NCBI RefSeq assembly: GCF_032062105.1
Contig: NW_026930674.1
Span: forward strand, 310,001-374,000
Source: Saccostrea cucullata
Lineage: Eukaryota
Direction of reading: 5' to 3'
DNA length: 64,000 nt
The position numbers and the translations under genes were made by a program. The notes beneath the pieces were generated by a model, which saw nothing but the letters and a program-made list of their open reading frames with translations, did no database searches and had not been told where the DNA came from. This document shows, in pieces, positions 43,201 through 56,238 of this stretch; positions within the stretch are counted from its first letter, which is position 1; each line of letters opens with the position of its first letter.

Positions 43201-46200
43201 TAGATTTTTATTTTTTAAATGATTATTTGGCATTTAAAAGGAGAAAATCCTCTGGTTTTCAGAAGGAAACTTCTTGATTTTATAATTACCGCAGTTTATC
43301 AATTCTGTATTAGTGTCTGCTCTGAAGAATTCAAATGACATCAATCTTTAGTGACCTTTAGTTAAAACCATGAAGGGGAACCAATAACTTTATATGAGAA
43401 ATTAATGTATTTTTAATGATCTTTGCATTATTAAAGATTTCTTTAAACAACTATTTACAATAATGAAAGAAGTATGAAAATTAAGGTGAAAAATGTATTA
43501 GTAAAAGACTTTGACACAGATATTTATATATAAAAATTACCGGTATTCAAATTATTTTAGGGGAAGTGGAATATTTTCAAAATGCATTTGAGAACACAAA
43601 TACAGATGTTGGACAAATATCTCTGGCCTTCTATTCTGGCTTGTTTGCTTATGCTGGGTGGTAAGTAAAAAGAGAAGCATTATTTCTCGTTATATTCTGT
43701 AAGGATTTGATTATGCTTCTATTTTTTACAGTTTATAAATTGATAAGTATGCATTGAATGTATTATTTTGTTACAGTCTATGTAAACTTTAACCTGATAT
43801 ATGAATGTAAAATTCATAAAAATCCATTGTCTACATTTGAAATGTAAACTTCTTAGATCTAATTTTTTCTTATATAAATAAACTTGTTATTTTCAGGAAC
43901 TTTTTGAACTTTGTTACAGAAGAAATGATTGATCCTTTCAAGTAAGTTTGAAAAGAAGTTTCTTACTTTCAGTAATTCTTTGAACCTTGGCATATTATAA
44001 ATATAAAGATTTCTTTTATTCCTTACAACTTGCACAAAAAATGATTGATAATTAACTGTCTTTCCTTAGGAACTTGCCACGAGCTATCTACATCTCCATT
44101 CCAATTGTTACTCTTGTTTACGTGTTTGCCAACGTTGCTTACTTAACCATCATCTCCCCATCAGAAATGCTGGCGTCAGAGGCTGTGGCAGTGGTAAGAT
44201 TATTTAACTAATCATTAGTGCTCTGATGTTAATCTTTTACCAAAAAATAAAGATAATAAAAGAGCAAATTCTGGTATTTCTTTTGATGGTAAACATTAAT
44301 TATATCTACATATATGCCAAGTAGTCATATCTGGTGTTGTTGATTACAGAAATTAATAGTGGAATGATTGTATGCTGCAAAAAAAGGGGGGACTATTAAA
44401 ACCAAAAAAAAGCGTATTCATGTGTATTTGTGGTTTCACAGAAAAATGATAGGGATTTGTTGATATTTTTTTTTCTAGACCTTTGGTGACAAGGTGTTTG
44501 GAGTTATGAACTGGATTGTACCCGTTTTTGTGTCCCTGTCCACATTTGGAGGTGTCAATGGCCTACTCTTCACATCTGGAAGGTTTGTATTTGCATCAAA
44601 CATCTGTCATATGACTAAGGTTTGTGTTTTTTTAAAACAAAGGTCATGTGGTTATTTGCTATATTTGCATCAAAAGCTATGATCATTAGTTGGCCAGAAA
44701 ATATAGGGTAATTGATGTAATTATCAGGTCAAAAGGTCAAAGATTACCTAATTTTAGCTTGACTCTAATATTTCAAAATGTCTAAAGAATTTTCTTCTTG
44801 GTGCAAAGATTGGTCTAGTTGCAGAACTTATAAGCTCTCTGGTTGAGAAAATTTGGACAAACATTGACAAATTCAAAGAGCTACTGACCCAAGCATTGCA
44901 AACTCCCTTGCTTTCCCTTGTATTGATTAACTATTAAAGCTTTATGACTTTATTGATGTTTTTGTCACTTGTTTTCAGACTGTTTTTTGTTGGAGCCAGA
45001 GAAGGTCATCTTCCAGAATTTTTCTCCATGATTCACACAAAGAAATACACTCCCCTTCCAGCCATGTTGTTCACTGTGAGTTATTTTGATATTCCTTTCA
45101 ACCACATCAGCATGAGGCTATGCATTTAAATTTGAAATTTTAATTTTGCTGAAATAATTAAAAGAGTGATTTCTTGTATTTTATAGGGAGGCATGTCCTT
45201 GGTGTACCTGATATCTGATGACATTTTTATTCTCATCAACTACATGAGTTTTGTCCAGTGGTGGTCAGTGGGGATGTCCATTCTGGCCCTTATCTATTTA
45301 AGGATAACCAAGCCAGAGTTGGAGAGGCCTATCAAAGTAACTTTTAATTTAATCAATATTTTATCATGTAAGATCACATAATTGGATTGGACATCAGGCA
45401 TGACCTATATAAGTCCTCTCCAAGGTCAAGGTTACAAATGTTAAGAATTGACAATGATTTACAATGATGAAAAAATTTCCTTATAAGTTACATTAATTTC
45501 TTTTGTTATCTAAGGTGGGAAAAAAAGAAAAGAAAAAATGAATTGAATTAAATTATACAGAAGCGTTATTACTAAATACGTATACATGGTATACTCGCTA
45601 TACAATATAATGACAAAAAAAAAATAATAATAATGATAATTAAAAAAAAATGCAAACAAACAGCAAAACAGAATAAGTAAACAAATAAAGTGCAAAGAAC
45701 AAATATGTAAAGAAAAAAACAAAACAGAAGGAAATAGTGACATTAAAAAATAAATAAATTTTGATCAAGCAATTACACTGAATAAAGAAAAAAAAACTAA
45801 TAAAGTGCAAAGACAAATTTCCATGGAAAAAACACTTATACATATACATGGAACATGGAAATGCCGAGAGTTGAAGTAAATAGAAATAGGAGAAATATCT
45901 GGATTTATTTTATTTTTTTTTTTACTTAATTACAAAATACTATCAAAATCTTTTTGAAGACTTCATGTACAGTTATTTTATAAGGTAATTGCCTATCACC
46001 AAATAACAAAGTATTCACAATTTGATCAGGAGACATAATTTCTAATTCTATTACACTCTAAAGACTTTCAAAAAATATTCTCTGATTATTATATGCAGGG
46101 CATCCTAAGAAAAAATTATAGTTATCCTCGTTCAGATGTCCACACTTAGTACAAGATGCTATTTCACTTAGATACTGATTATACAGAGCACACATTTAAA

Positions 46201-47071
46201 TTACAAAGTAACTAATTTATACACATGTACATTGAACAAAATAGGGATTTTTTGTGTTTTTTGAAAAGTTTGTTTCCTTCCACATTTTGCTTAGCTAACT
46301 TGCATTCCGTGGGAAATTAAGGGCTAAAATAGGTTTTGCCTGCCTCGCAATCCCTTGAACTTTTTGAGAATAAAATTAATATGTACCGGTATAAATTTTA
46401 ATCTTATTTCTCACAAGTTAGAGAAGATAATTGGTTGGTGATGTTATAGACAGTTTTTTCCACCTGGTAAACGTGTAACATATTCTTGTTTGTTTTTCAG
46501 TTCCCACTGATCATCCCTATCTTCTTCCTGTTGTGTGTGTTATTTTTACTGGTCCTCCCACTGACAGTGGAACCAGAATCTACGGGGATGGCACTTTTCA
46601 TGATCCTGGTTGGGCTACCAGTTTATGTTATATTTGTAAAGTGGACAAAGAAACCCAAGTCCTGGAGAAAATTCTTTGGTATGTAAAACTGAAAATCTAA
46701 TTATTTTTAGAATAAATTTAAATTTTGAATAAATCCTCAGTAACAAAAGCATGATAGGCAATAATTAATGAGGGTTAATAATAATGGTAAAGACAGATCT
46801 GTACTTGAAATTTATTGATGGGTGGAGAAAGGCAGGGAAGCAGTTGTAAAGCAAGGTTTTATACAGTGGGATAATATTGGGACCTGGATTTTTGTTTGCA
46901 ATAAGAAGGTATGACTGTATAATAAAGACATTAAAGAAGAAGAACACTGTACAGTCAATGTCACTTCATTGTGTTCTCTGTTATTATCTTACTGTGATTC
47001 CCTTCTTTTCAGCCAATCTGACCGTATTGGGACAGAAGGTCTGCAGCGTTGTACCCGAGAAGGAGTCCTGA
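37261..47071 (+). CDS. Large neutral amino acid transporter light chain, LAT1/LAT2 (SLC7A5/SLC7A8)-like, 479 aa, 12 coding exons
   Basis: Exons 37261-37422, 41995-42153, 42524-42659, 42993-43118, 43561-43660, 43897-43941, 44070-44193, 44479-44582, 44979-45075, 45187-45336, 46501-46678, 47013-47071 (1440 nt, in frame). Motifs: [76 protein letters not shown]. An acceptor at 37156-37157 suggests an upstream non-coding exon. Confidence 0.96.
41185..41722. mobile_element. PIF/Harbinger-like MITE
   Basis: TTA|TGCCCTATTCACACGGAGAGTTTAATTC...GAATTAAACTCTCCGTGTGAACAGGGCA|TTA, with internal TAATTCGCATTA-type repeats. Confidence 0.88.
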
Positions 47072-47613
47072 TTCTACACGGAAGAAAAGGATTTTTGTGT
47101 TTAAATGTGTTTGTGTGAGAGTGTGTGTGTCTGCTTGTATGATTTTACTGTAGTTGACACATTTATCATTATTTATTGATGAAAAGTCACCCAAGACTTA
47201 CATTTGAGAAATCTTGTGTATGTTTGCAAGTAGTGGTAGTTTGCAGGTGTATTTTCTAGTGTAGTCATGGCCTGTGAAACAGAAGAATAGTTATGTCACT
47301 TGACATATTTCTCCATGTATAGATTAGTAGATGATGATGTTCTTAGTTTTGTTCATATTTAACTGCTTTGAAGGGAATACTCATCAAAATCATGCTTTGG
47401 CTGGGTTCAATATTTTTTCAATTTTTCTTTATTCAGCCTTACCATGTCATTTGGATAACAAATGTTGCTTCTAAGTCCATGCGTTTTTTCTGCTTTCAAT
47501 ATGTTGACAATATAAGATAATGTTTTTAAAACATTTTGCAGATACAGAATTATCATGGTTGTGTACCGGTACTGTTATATGTATATTATAAAGCAAACAT
47601 AATATTTAAATTT

Positions 47614-47846
47614 AGGCCATCTTTGAAATTTGCCCTCTCCTGACTCAAGGTAAAAATATTTTTTAAGCAGGTAGGTGGGGAATTTTTTTTTCCTAGAAAA
47701 TTTCAACATACAGTATTGACGATGTGAGAAAATTCAGGAATGAATATTATTGCTAACTGGAAGTAAAAAAAAAAAAGGTTTTGTGTTGCATGGTTTTTAG
47801 ACAGTAAGTCGTGAGAGGGCAAACAAACATTTTTTTAAAGATGGTA
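47614..47846. mobile_element. Degenerate Harbinger-like MITE in the probable SLC7(+) 3'UTR
   Basis: TTA|GGCCATCTTT..TTTGCCCTCTC...GAGAGGGCAAA..AAAGATGGTA|TTA. Confidence 0.55.
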
Positions 47847-50647
47847 TTATTATATGTATATGCACTGCACACTGTAATATTAATATTATAAATGATTAGT
47901 CATTTGCATAAGGATGTCATTACAAAGACCCACAGTAAACCCCAACAGGGCATTATAATTACCTCATACAATTATATGTACTTGAATCCCAGTAGAACTA
48001 GTTGCCAGAAAGATACAAACTTAGTCATGTATTAATAAAAGTTTTCCATATATTTATTTTTCTAGCAGCTGTATATGCAATTTATTTGTATTTTCAGTAT
48101 CATGTCTCTGATATTTTAGAGATTTTTATATACAGTCTTTATTAGAAATATACACCAATTTTACTGCCATGAATACTTGACATATATTAGTATATAATAG
48201 TTCTAAACTTACAGTTGTCCACAGAATTTTTTTTTAACTGTACAACTGTATAAGTTTTAGCAGAATTGCCTGAAAATTTGTACACAAGAGCATGAACAAA
48301 ATAAAGTACTGTGACTACTTTGAAATCATTGTTTGAGGTGGACCAATGTTTGTGGATTTTGGGGGTTTTGTTAAAGTCCTTCAAACAACAACTTTTTCAG
48401 CAAATCAATTCAGTGAGTTGACTGTTTATACAGATTAGCATTTAATTTAACTTCAATTTCTGGTAAACATTGATCAAATCAAATTAAAATGATTTCACAT
48501 TATGTAATGTTCAATACATTTGACTGACACAGTGCAGCTTTTATATTTATTCCATCATTTCCATGTGTTCAGATTTTTTACATTACCTCCCCTTTCAAAA
48601 GCCATTCCTCTTTTCCATGTTATCAAGCCATAGCATGCAGATAATCCATGTATGAATTTATTTAGAAAGTATTAGAAAATGCATTTCCTTTAATCAAATG
48701 AATATTATTTTATAATATGCTTAAATTATCATGTTTTCATGCACAACTGCATTTTTTAATAGATATGCATTTTAATGTCTTGCTATTTATGTTTTGAATG
48801 ATTGGATGGTGATCTGTTGTTATTTTGCTCTGATTGAATATTAGCTGCATTAATTAGATCAACTTGCTGAAAGTGAAACTGTCTTCCTCTCTTTTAAATT
48901 TGTTAAGGTGATGGACTTCATTATTTTTAGCATTTTTCATTATGCATTTATTAGCTCTTTTAATATTTTATTTATATATATGATGTTCAGTATTTTTTCA
49001 TACCACACTATTTTTCCTAGCAATTTCTGATATGTTTTTAAAAAAAACAATATGTTAATTATGTGTTCATTTTTTTTTATTAAAAAAAATAAACAAAAAC
49101 AAAAAAAACAAACAAACTCTGTACTAGATCTCCTCTGTATTTTGTTGAAACTTTGTCATCCAGTGTCAGGGTAATTTATGTTGTGAACAAATATGGCGAA
49201 CAGTTACAAACTGTTATAAGGAATGAAAATCTCAATAAAATGTAAAATTTTCATCACCTGTTTGTTTTTTGTCTCAGTGAAAGCATGGAACAATTCCTGT
49301 TTAAATTTCTGAAATCTGAAAGTGTCTCATTATTGTCATGTATATTCTGGCAAAGGACAAAATGATAATAAAATTCCAGACCATTTCACTTAATTTTGAA
49401 TGACTGATGAGTGAGATGAAGAAAACTCAGCAAAGGACTTTGAACAGTACACTTGTGTGATCAATGTCCGTCTGTGATCCGCCTGTAAACTCTCTCCATG
49501 ATCAGTGAAACACACTCGCCTGACACCACCTACCGGTACTGGTCTCTCAGGTGGTTTTAAATGAAATTTGTTCTAAAGGAAAGTAATTATTTCATTTATT
49601 GACAACACCATGTATATGTTGGTAAACTTTTCACAAGTACCATGAGATTTGGTTTTATAGGAAAGTGAAAGACCAATGGTGAGGGGAAAAGGTTTAACAA
49701 CATTCTTGGTACATATCGTCATCAAAAACCATGGCCAAAAAGTACTATCCTCTCTCACTTTGGTAGGAGAGAGCTATATGCGGACTCCGGACCATGCATA
49801 TTTTGAGATGATGGGTACTAGTACATATTTCACAGAGAAATTAAACCCTTTAATGTCTTTATCAATTCATAACACATATAGAAAATTTACACTGACAGTC
49901 TTTTTGGCATCCCCCCCCTTTTTTGGTCAATTTAGGGGGTGATGTGATATTTTTGACTAAAAAAAAGGATACTGAAAGAAGTTAACACCTAACCACCACC
50001 CCCACCTCTCACCTTGACGAAGTAGGGTTTTTAAGTTTTGACAATTTTCTTCCTTTTTCCTTTTTTATTCGGGTACGTTGAATTTTTTTCTGTAGCTGCC
50101 CCCATTAAAAACGACGCTACGTCACTGTTTTTGCACTTTTCAATGCGATATAATTCTGGACGAAGTATCAGAGTAATTGGTACATAAACAAGATAATTCA
50201 GAGAGCATGTAGCTTCCACTTAAGGAGAAAAAAAACCTTTTACACACAGAGAGAATGTATGAATTTGCGACCTTGACCTTTGCCATTTTGACCTCAAAAT
50301 CAATGTAGAGGTCTCCCATAGGCTATACGAAAGTGTTAAATAATATAGAAATACAGACAGACGGACAGACACTCGGACGGGCAGACAGACAAACCGAAAT
50401 TAATATTCACCACTTTGTGAAAGCATGTGTGTGATATGTTTGATATTTTGGCTACCACAGCCTGCGACGTTTTTAAACAACATAGTTTATCAATTTCCCT
50501 AGAACTATCAAAGTTTGCTTAGAAAGTTTAAGATTGTGAATATAAATTATTAACACAAAATGCTATAATTTTTACGAAATGTTTTCATCTTCTGCAACAT
50601 TTTTCTACAGATTCAACAATTTGAAAATGACAACTTTGTGTTTCTAC

Positions 50648-51308
50648 TTTTTAAGCTCACCTGAACCAAAGGCCCAGTGAGCTTTTCTCATCAAAATTTG
50701 TCTGTACTTGTCTGTCATTATTGTTGACAAACGTTTTGCATTTCCATCTTCTTCCCTAGAACCACTTGCATGGCAGAGAGTATCCTTGAAGAAAGGGGTT
50801 CATTTTTTTTCAAATAAAAGTCTTCAACTTCTTCAAAGGGGAGGTAATTAGGAAATAGAAATTACCGGGGTATTAGATGGAATCATTTTAAAAACTTCTC
50901 AAGAATAACTGGGCCAGAACAGATGAAACATTACATAGGGAAAACTTTCTGAGGTAATGTACTTGAATTTTGTTCAAATCATGAAATCCCCATCTCACCC
51001 CACGCATACCCCTGGGGTATGATGATGCCACTATGGGTGATCAAAAGTTTACATAAAAACGCACAAGAAAAATCTTGAAAATTCTCCATCTCAAGTACAG
51101 CAACATAATTATATTCGTATTTATATCGAAACATCCCCAGGCAGTGTAAATTCAAGTTTGTTAAAATCATGATGCCTCTGGGTAGGGTGGAACCAATATA
51201 TATCATCTTCATTTTACATACGAATGAATATTCGGAAAAAAAATGCTGCTAAAGAACATAGATCAGTTGTAACTCAGGTGAGCATTGTGGCCCATGATTT
51301 GCTATTTC
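50648..51308 (+). mobile_element. HINE (Helentron-associated) element, oyster 'AGCTCACCTG' type
   Basis: Starts TTTTTAAGCTCACCTGAAC...GTGAGCTT (IR). Ends CTCAGGTGAGC plus a degenerate GGCCCATG palindrome. Interior resembles degenerate satellite units. Confidence 0.75.
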
Positions 51309-51360
51309 TTATGACTATACTAAAGTATACTTACGTATTATCAACAAGACTCTTTTCAGA

Positions 51361-52587
51361 TTTTTATTATGCGCCCGGATCGAAAGATCCGAGGCGTATA
51401 TTGTTTTTGTCCTGTCTGTCTGTCTGTCTGTCTGTTTATCTGTTTGTCAGTTTGTCTGCAAACTTTAAGCTTCGCCATAACTTTTGAACTATGAATGAAA
51501 GAGACTTCATATTTGGTATGCATACTCCACTTATATTTCCATTTCTATTTTTTTTCTCTGTGATAACTGTTTGAAAGTTAGGGGAGTTTATTTCTTGATA
51601 ATTCTGCCGGAATGTAAATTAGGCAGGTCGATAGGTCAGCAGCTAAGGACGCCTAATACGCATGCGAATCTCGTGCGCATCTGTCTCTGTGTCTGACGCT
51701 AAGGAGGCCAAATATGCATGTAAATCTCGTGCGGCTGCCTTTGTGTTTGACGTCAGTGTGCGAGGACTATTGAAAATGGCATGGAAGTCCTCGTGTAATT
51801 TAAATCTATTAGTCTTACATTTTTATTTTTTAATGTCTAAGCATACAATTTTATTTCACAATGAAATGGAAATTGAACTAGTTATGAATGAAAGAGACAT
51901 GAGATAATTTTAGCATATTTGGCCCGTTATGCAAATTATCCCATGTTTCCCACTATTGTTGATGCCCTGGCATACTCTCAAAACTAGACAGTGATTCCTT
52001 AAATAAAGCTCTTTCAAATGACACCAAGGTCAATGACCTTGTGACCTTGAATGTGACCTATCTGCTAAAAATAGTTTTTTCTGCAAACTTTAACCTTCGC
52101 CGTAACTTTTGAACCATAAAAGATGGAGACTTCTTATTTGGTATGCATACACCACTGATTAAGCTCTTTAAAATAACACCATGGTCAATGACCTTGTGAC
52201 CTTGACTGTGACCTATACGCTAAATATAGCTTTTTTGTCGGCAAACTTTAACCTTCGCCATAACTTTTGAACGAAGAAAGATAGAGACTAATATTTGGCA
52301 TGTATACTCCACTAATTAAGCCCTTTCACATGACACCAAGGTCAATGACCTTGTGACCTTGACTGTGTCCTATATGCTGAAGATATCTTTTTTGAATCTT
52401 CACCATAACTTTTGAACCATGAGAGATAGAGATATCATATTTGGTATGCATACTTCACTAATAAAGTTCTTTCAAATGACACCAAGATCAATGACCTTCT
52501 GACCTTGACTGTGACCTATATGTTAAAAATATGTTTTTTAAACTTTGTTGCCGGCGGGGGCATAGTGTTTCACAAACACATCTTGTT
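51361..52587 (+). mobile_element. HINE/CvA-pearl-like element with (GTCT)n and about 4 core repeats of about 155-158 bp; unrelated insert at about 51532-52000
   Basis: 5' hairpin ATGCGCCCGGATC..GATCCGAGGCGTAT, GTCT microsatellite, repeated GACACCAAGGTCAATGACCTTGTGACCTTGACTGTGACCTAT units, and 3' GGGGGCATAGTGTTTCACAAACACATCTTGTT. Confidence 0.88.
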
Positions 52588-55063
52588 ATTTTTGCACATC
52601 TCATAAATATAAGAACACAACAATAAGTATCGAAGTCTATCTTTTCTGCCATCAAAGAATACCTTTTAGGAGGTAACGAGGTCTTGTCGCGATTCCAACA
52701 TTAATAAGGTTGATGCCGTTAGGCTTCCCCTTCCTGTAACACCGAGAATTACTGCAATATTGTGAACTTTATATTCGTCATAACTAGGACACTAATTAGT
52801 ATTATAACGTTTTTTAAATAATACTTTGCAAGATGCATGTTCTTCTGGGAACACGTGGTCTCGAGCATCTCAGTGCATGAACATGCTCAACTGCACTTTA
52901 TGCCCAAGTGCACCTAGTTCTTTCAGATTTCTTCAGTGGCAATTATAGTTTTGCACTAAATATTCATTCATAATCCTACTGCAAAAAGTTAATTGTTTAC
53001 AAATTTGTTTGGAAATGGTTTTTTCAATTTTCCACAGATTTCGTGATTGTTTGTAGTATGCATGATTTTCTAAATTCGATATGTTTGAATTATCAACCTT
53101 GGGCAATAGAAGAGCGTGGAGCCATATAGAAATTCAAAGAATTATATACTCTGTTGTTGTTAGCACTTAGATTTTTTTTTTGAATTTTCATCGTTCAAAT
53201 CATAAAGTCATGACAACCGAATCTATTTCTTCCTCTCTAGAACAGGAAAAAGTATTCTGCAAAATAATCCTTCTATCAAACGGCAATATTTGGACAAGGT
53301 TGTACGCAAGAATTCCTACGGGGTGTTGTAAAAAGTGAAGGTATTGAAATAGGAATGAGAGAGGCAGACAGTTTTTACTATAGAGACAAAAATGTATTTT
53401 GAAATAAAGTATAATTGTGTACAAAATTGCAATGTGGTTTCAATGCCATTTTTCTCCTCCTATTGAGAAGAGGACTTACTGGAGTCGAGGGCGGGGGGGG
53501 GGGGGGGGGTCACGTACCAGTCCGAGATCTGTTGAGCATATATATATATACTTAAATTTAAAAAAAAAAAAATCACTTTCTACAAGAATTCAGCAGATAA
53601 ATTATTTCTTATTCATTCAAATTGATCTCCGAGCTAAATGCATGGTGTTTACGGAAAATTTAATGATGCAAGTCAATTACATAATGCATATATCATCTAC
53701 AAGGAGATTCGGAAAGATTTAGATGTTGGAGAAATAAAGTCGTGGTACATTAACAAAAGGCCTCTCATCTCTCATTGAAAGTCACCAAAGCTCAGATCTT
53801 ACTCCTTCTTCTGTGAAAATAAACGAGTTTTTCTCTAACAACCTTGCAAAGAAATATTCATTGAGCATCCAAATTCGAAAAAAGTTAATTTGGACTTTAA
53901 AGATAATTTCTAATTCCTGGAAACTTCATCGACACAGCCTATGTCTCTTTCTGAGATCACATATATATCAATGATAGGCAATATTTCTATTGATAACTCT
54001 AGAACTAACCTAACCTTTACATTAACAATAATTCTTATGACCTTTAATTTTCTTTTTTTTCTCGAGTGAAACACGGGTACAAGTGGACATGATTGCCCCT
54101 ATCCCCTCCTATTCCGTACTTGTACTTAAAAAAAATTGAATACATTGAATATTATAGGTATATAAACTGGAGCTAGAGTTAGGGTTAGAGCAAAAGGGCA
54201 AACATTCCAACAAAATCACTGTAAAATCTTTATTGGTAATATTGAAAATATAGATGATTGCACAGAATATATTATAATATAATCTGATTAATAATAATAC
54301 AGAAGATGCAAGATATATTCATGTATTTCAAACAAAAAAAAAATCCCGTCGGCAAACTACTGCCCCAATCTGTATTCCTCAGCAAGCATTTAAAAATTGA
54401 AACATTGCTTTTTTAATCCCCCCCCCCTTTATTAAAAAAAAAAAAAACCTTGTAAAAGGTCAACATTTTTGTAGAAAAATGGAAAGCCTGGCCTACTAGA
54501 ACTTATTGCGAGATATACCGATTATTTCATTTTTATGACAATTTAATATACACAGTCCTTTTCAAGTCCATATATCACTTAGATGTCATGCATGTGATAG
54601 ATATATGTGTATAAAATTAGTAAAAAGCATGTGTCATGTAGGGAAAAAAATGTTTTCGTTTTTTTCTTATTTCCAAAATTAAAAATATAATTTTAAGTAT
54701 TTAAAGTTCCGTTCTGTTATCATTTCCAATTTAAGATTGGAAAGTAACTAGTAAAAGTAAATTTGTTTTTAAGTTCGATTCAACTGAAAAAGGTCCATGC
54801 ATGTGAAACGGAATTATACAAGACAAATTATCAGAATGTTCACCATATTTGTCCAACCTGAAAAATATATAACCAAATGAGCTAAGTATCCCCCCTCCCT
54901 TGTTAATTATAGATATATGACGTTTTGATGATTCATGACATAAAGATAGGAATTGTCAAGGAATGACTTGATTAATAACAGAAAATAATCCTGTGATACG
55001 TTAATTATGATATGCATGGTTACAAGTTTACAACAAAAATTTTAACATAAACGTTATTTTATA

Positions 55064-55306
55064 TCATCGGAAATTCAGGATTGCTTTGAATTCTGAAATA
55101 AAAGAAAAAGAACATATTTAGTATACAATTAACGCAATTCTTAAAATAATCATATAAAAAATGAATTGTTCAATATCGATAACTCAGGGGTGGACATATA
55201 ACCTTTATAATCCACCAGGCCGTCTCCGTTGAGATCCGCCTCTCGAATCATTGCCTGTGCTTCTTCCTATACAAAGATAAATAACCAAATAAAAGAGTTC
55301 ATATGC

Positions 55307-55362
<56 letters not shown>

Positions 55363-56238
55363 CCATGTAAGAAAAATCTGAAAGAATTCCGCTACCATCT
55401 TAACCCAACCACATCCCCATCCCCTTACCTTTGATGTGGGTTCCCCCAATTTAGAGAGTATACTAAAGAGTTCATCCGGGGAGATAAATCCATCCTTATT
55501 CCCATCAAAGACCTGAAACACCTCGTGTAGTTCTTTCTCCGGGTCGATGGAGAGTTTACCAGCAAAAATCTTCAGAAATTCATCGAAGTCAATGGTTCCG
55601 CTTCTCAATATAAGGAATAATAAGCGCATGCATTTTCATTTAAAAGAAATACCACTGATGTAATTTCTAAAGAGACATTATAAATAGTCATATAACAATG
55701 AATAAGAATTCATATAATTATCGGTCTGAAAGGGTATTTAAGGAGTTCCAAATTCAAGCGATAGACAAAAATAGGTGGCAACTATAAATCACCTATATTA
55801 AAGTGATTGATGTAACCTAAAAATCAAGAAAAACATATATTTTTCTGTCGGCATAACAATAAATACATTTTCTTTGTGATAATAAATAATTTTTACTGAA
55901 GCTCCCTGTCGCTTAATTTTATTTCAACCACATTAAGAGAAAACACAAAGATTCATCCGCCGTGATAGTTTTGTTCTCCATTCTTATCGAACATCGTGAA
56001 CGCATCAAACAACTCTGATGTAAATGAAATGAACAACGCAACTTTTTAAAATAACGGAATAAAATTAACGTAGAGATAAGAAAGAAATGTACGTTACCTA
56101 TATTTTTCCAACTAAGCAACCCCTTTTGATTTAGATCTAAATAAAATTTTCAAAAAGCCGAAAAATCAAACCTTGAACCTTTTCCTTTGTAAGGTCGTGT
56201 TTGGACGCTTTTCGTTTAGCAATTTCCCCATACAACAT
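55064..56238 (-). pseudogene. Calmodulin-like EF-hand gene, apparently disrupted
   Basis: Exon 56172-56238 (MLYGEIAKRKASKHDLTKEKVQ). Exon about 55952-56014 (ELFDAFTMFDKNG, +1 frameshift, KTITADE, then homology ends). Exon 55429 to about 55603 (SGTIDFDEFLKIF...ELHEVFQVFDGNKDGFISPDEL; expected phase-1 acceptor missing). Exon 55203-55266 (EEAQAMIREADLNGDGLVDYK). Exon 55064-55092 (EFKAILNFR*). Possible further upstream exons at 57052-57165, 60164-60238 and 60545-60600. Confidence 0.75.
55309..55360. repeat. (GA)n microsatellite
   Basis: About 26 perfect GA units in an intron of the calmodulin-like locus. Confidence 0.98.

Noticed and set aside
45510-45850. Hydrophobic Phe-rich ORFs
   Set aside because: Translation of A-rich low-complexity intron sequence.
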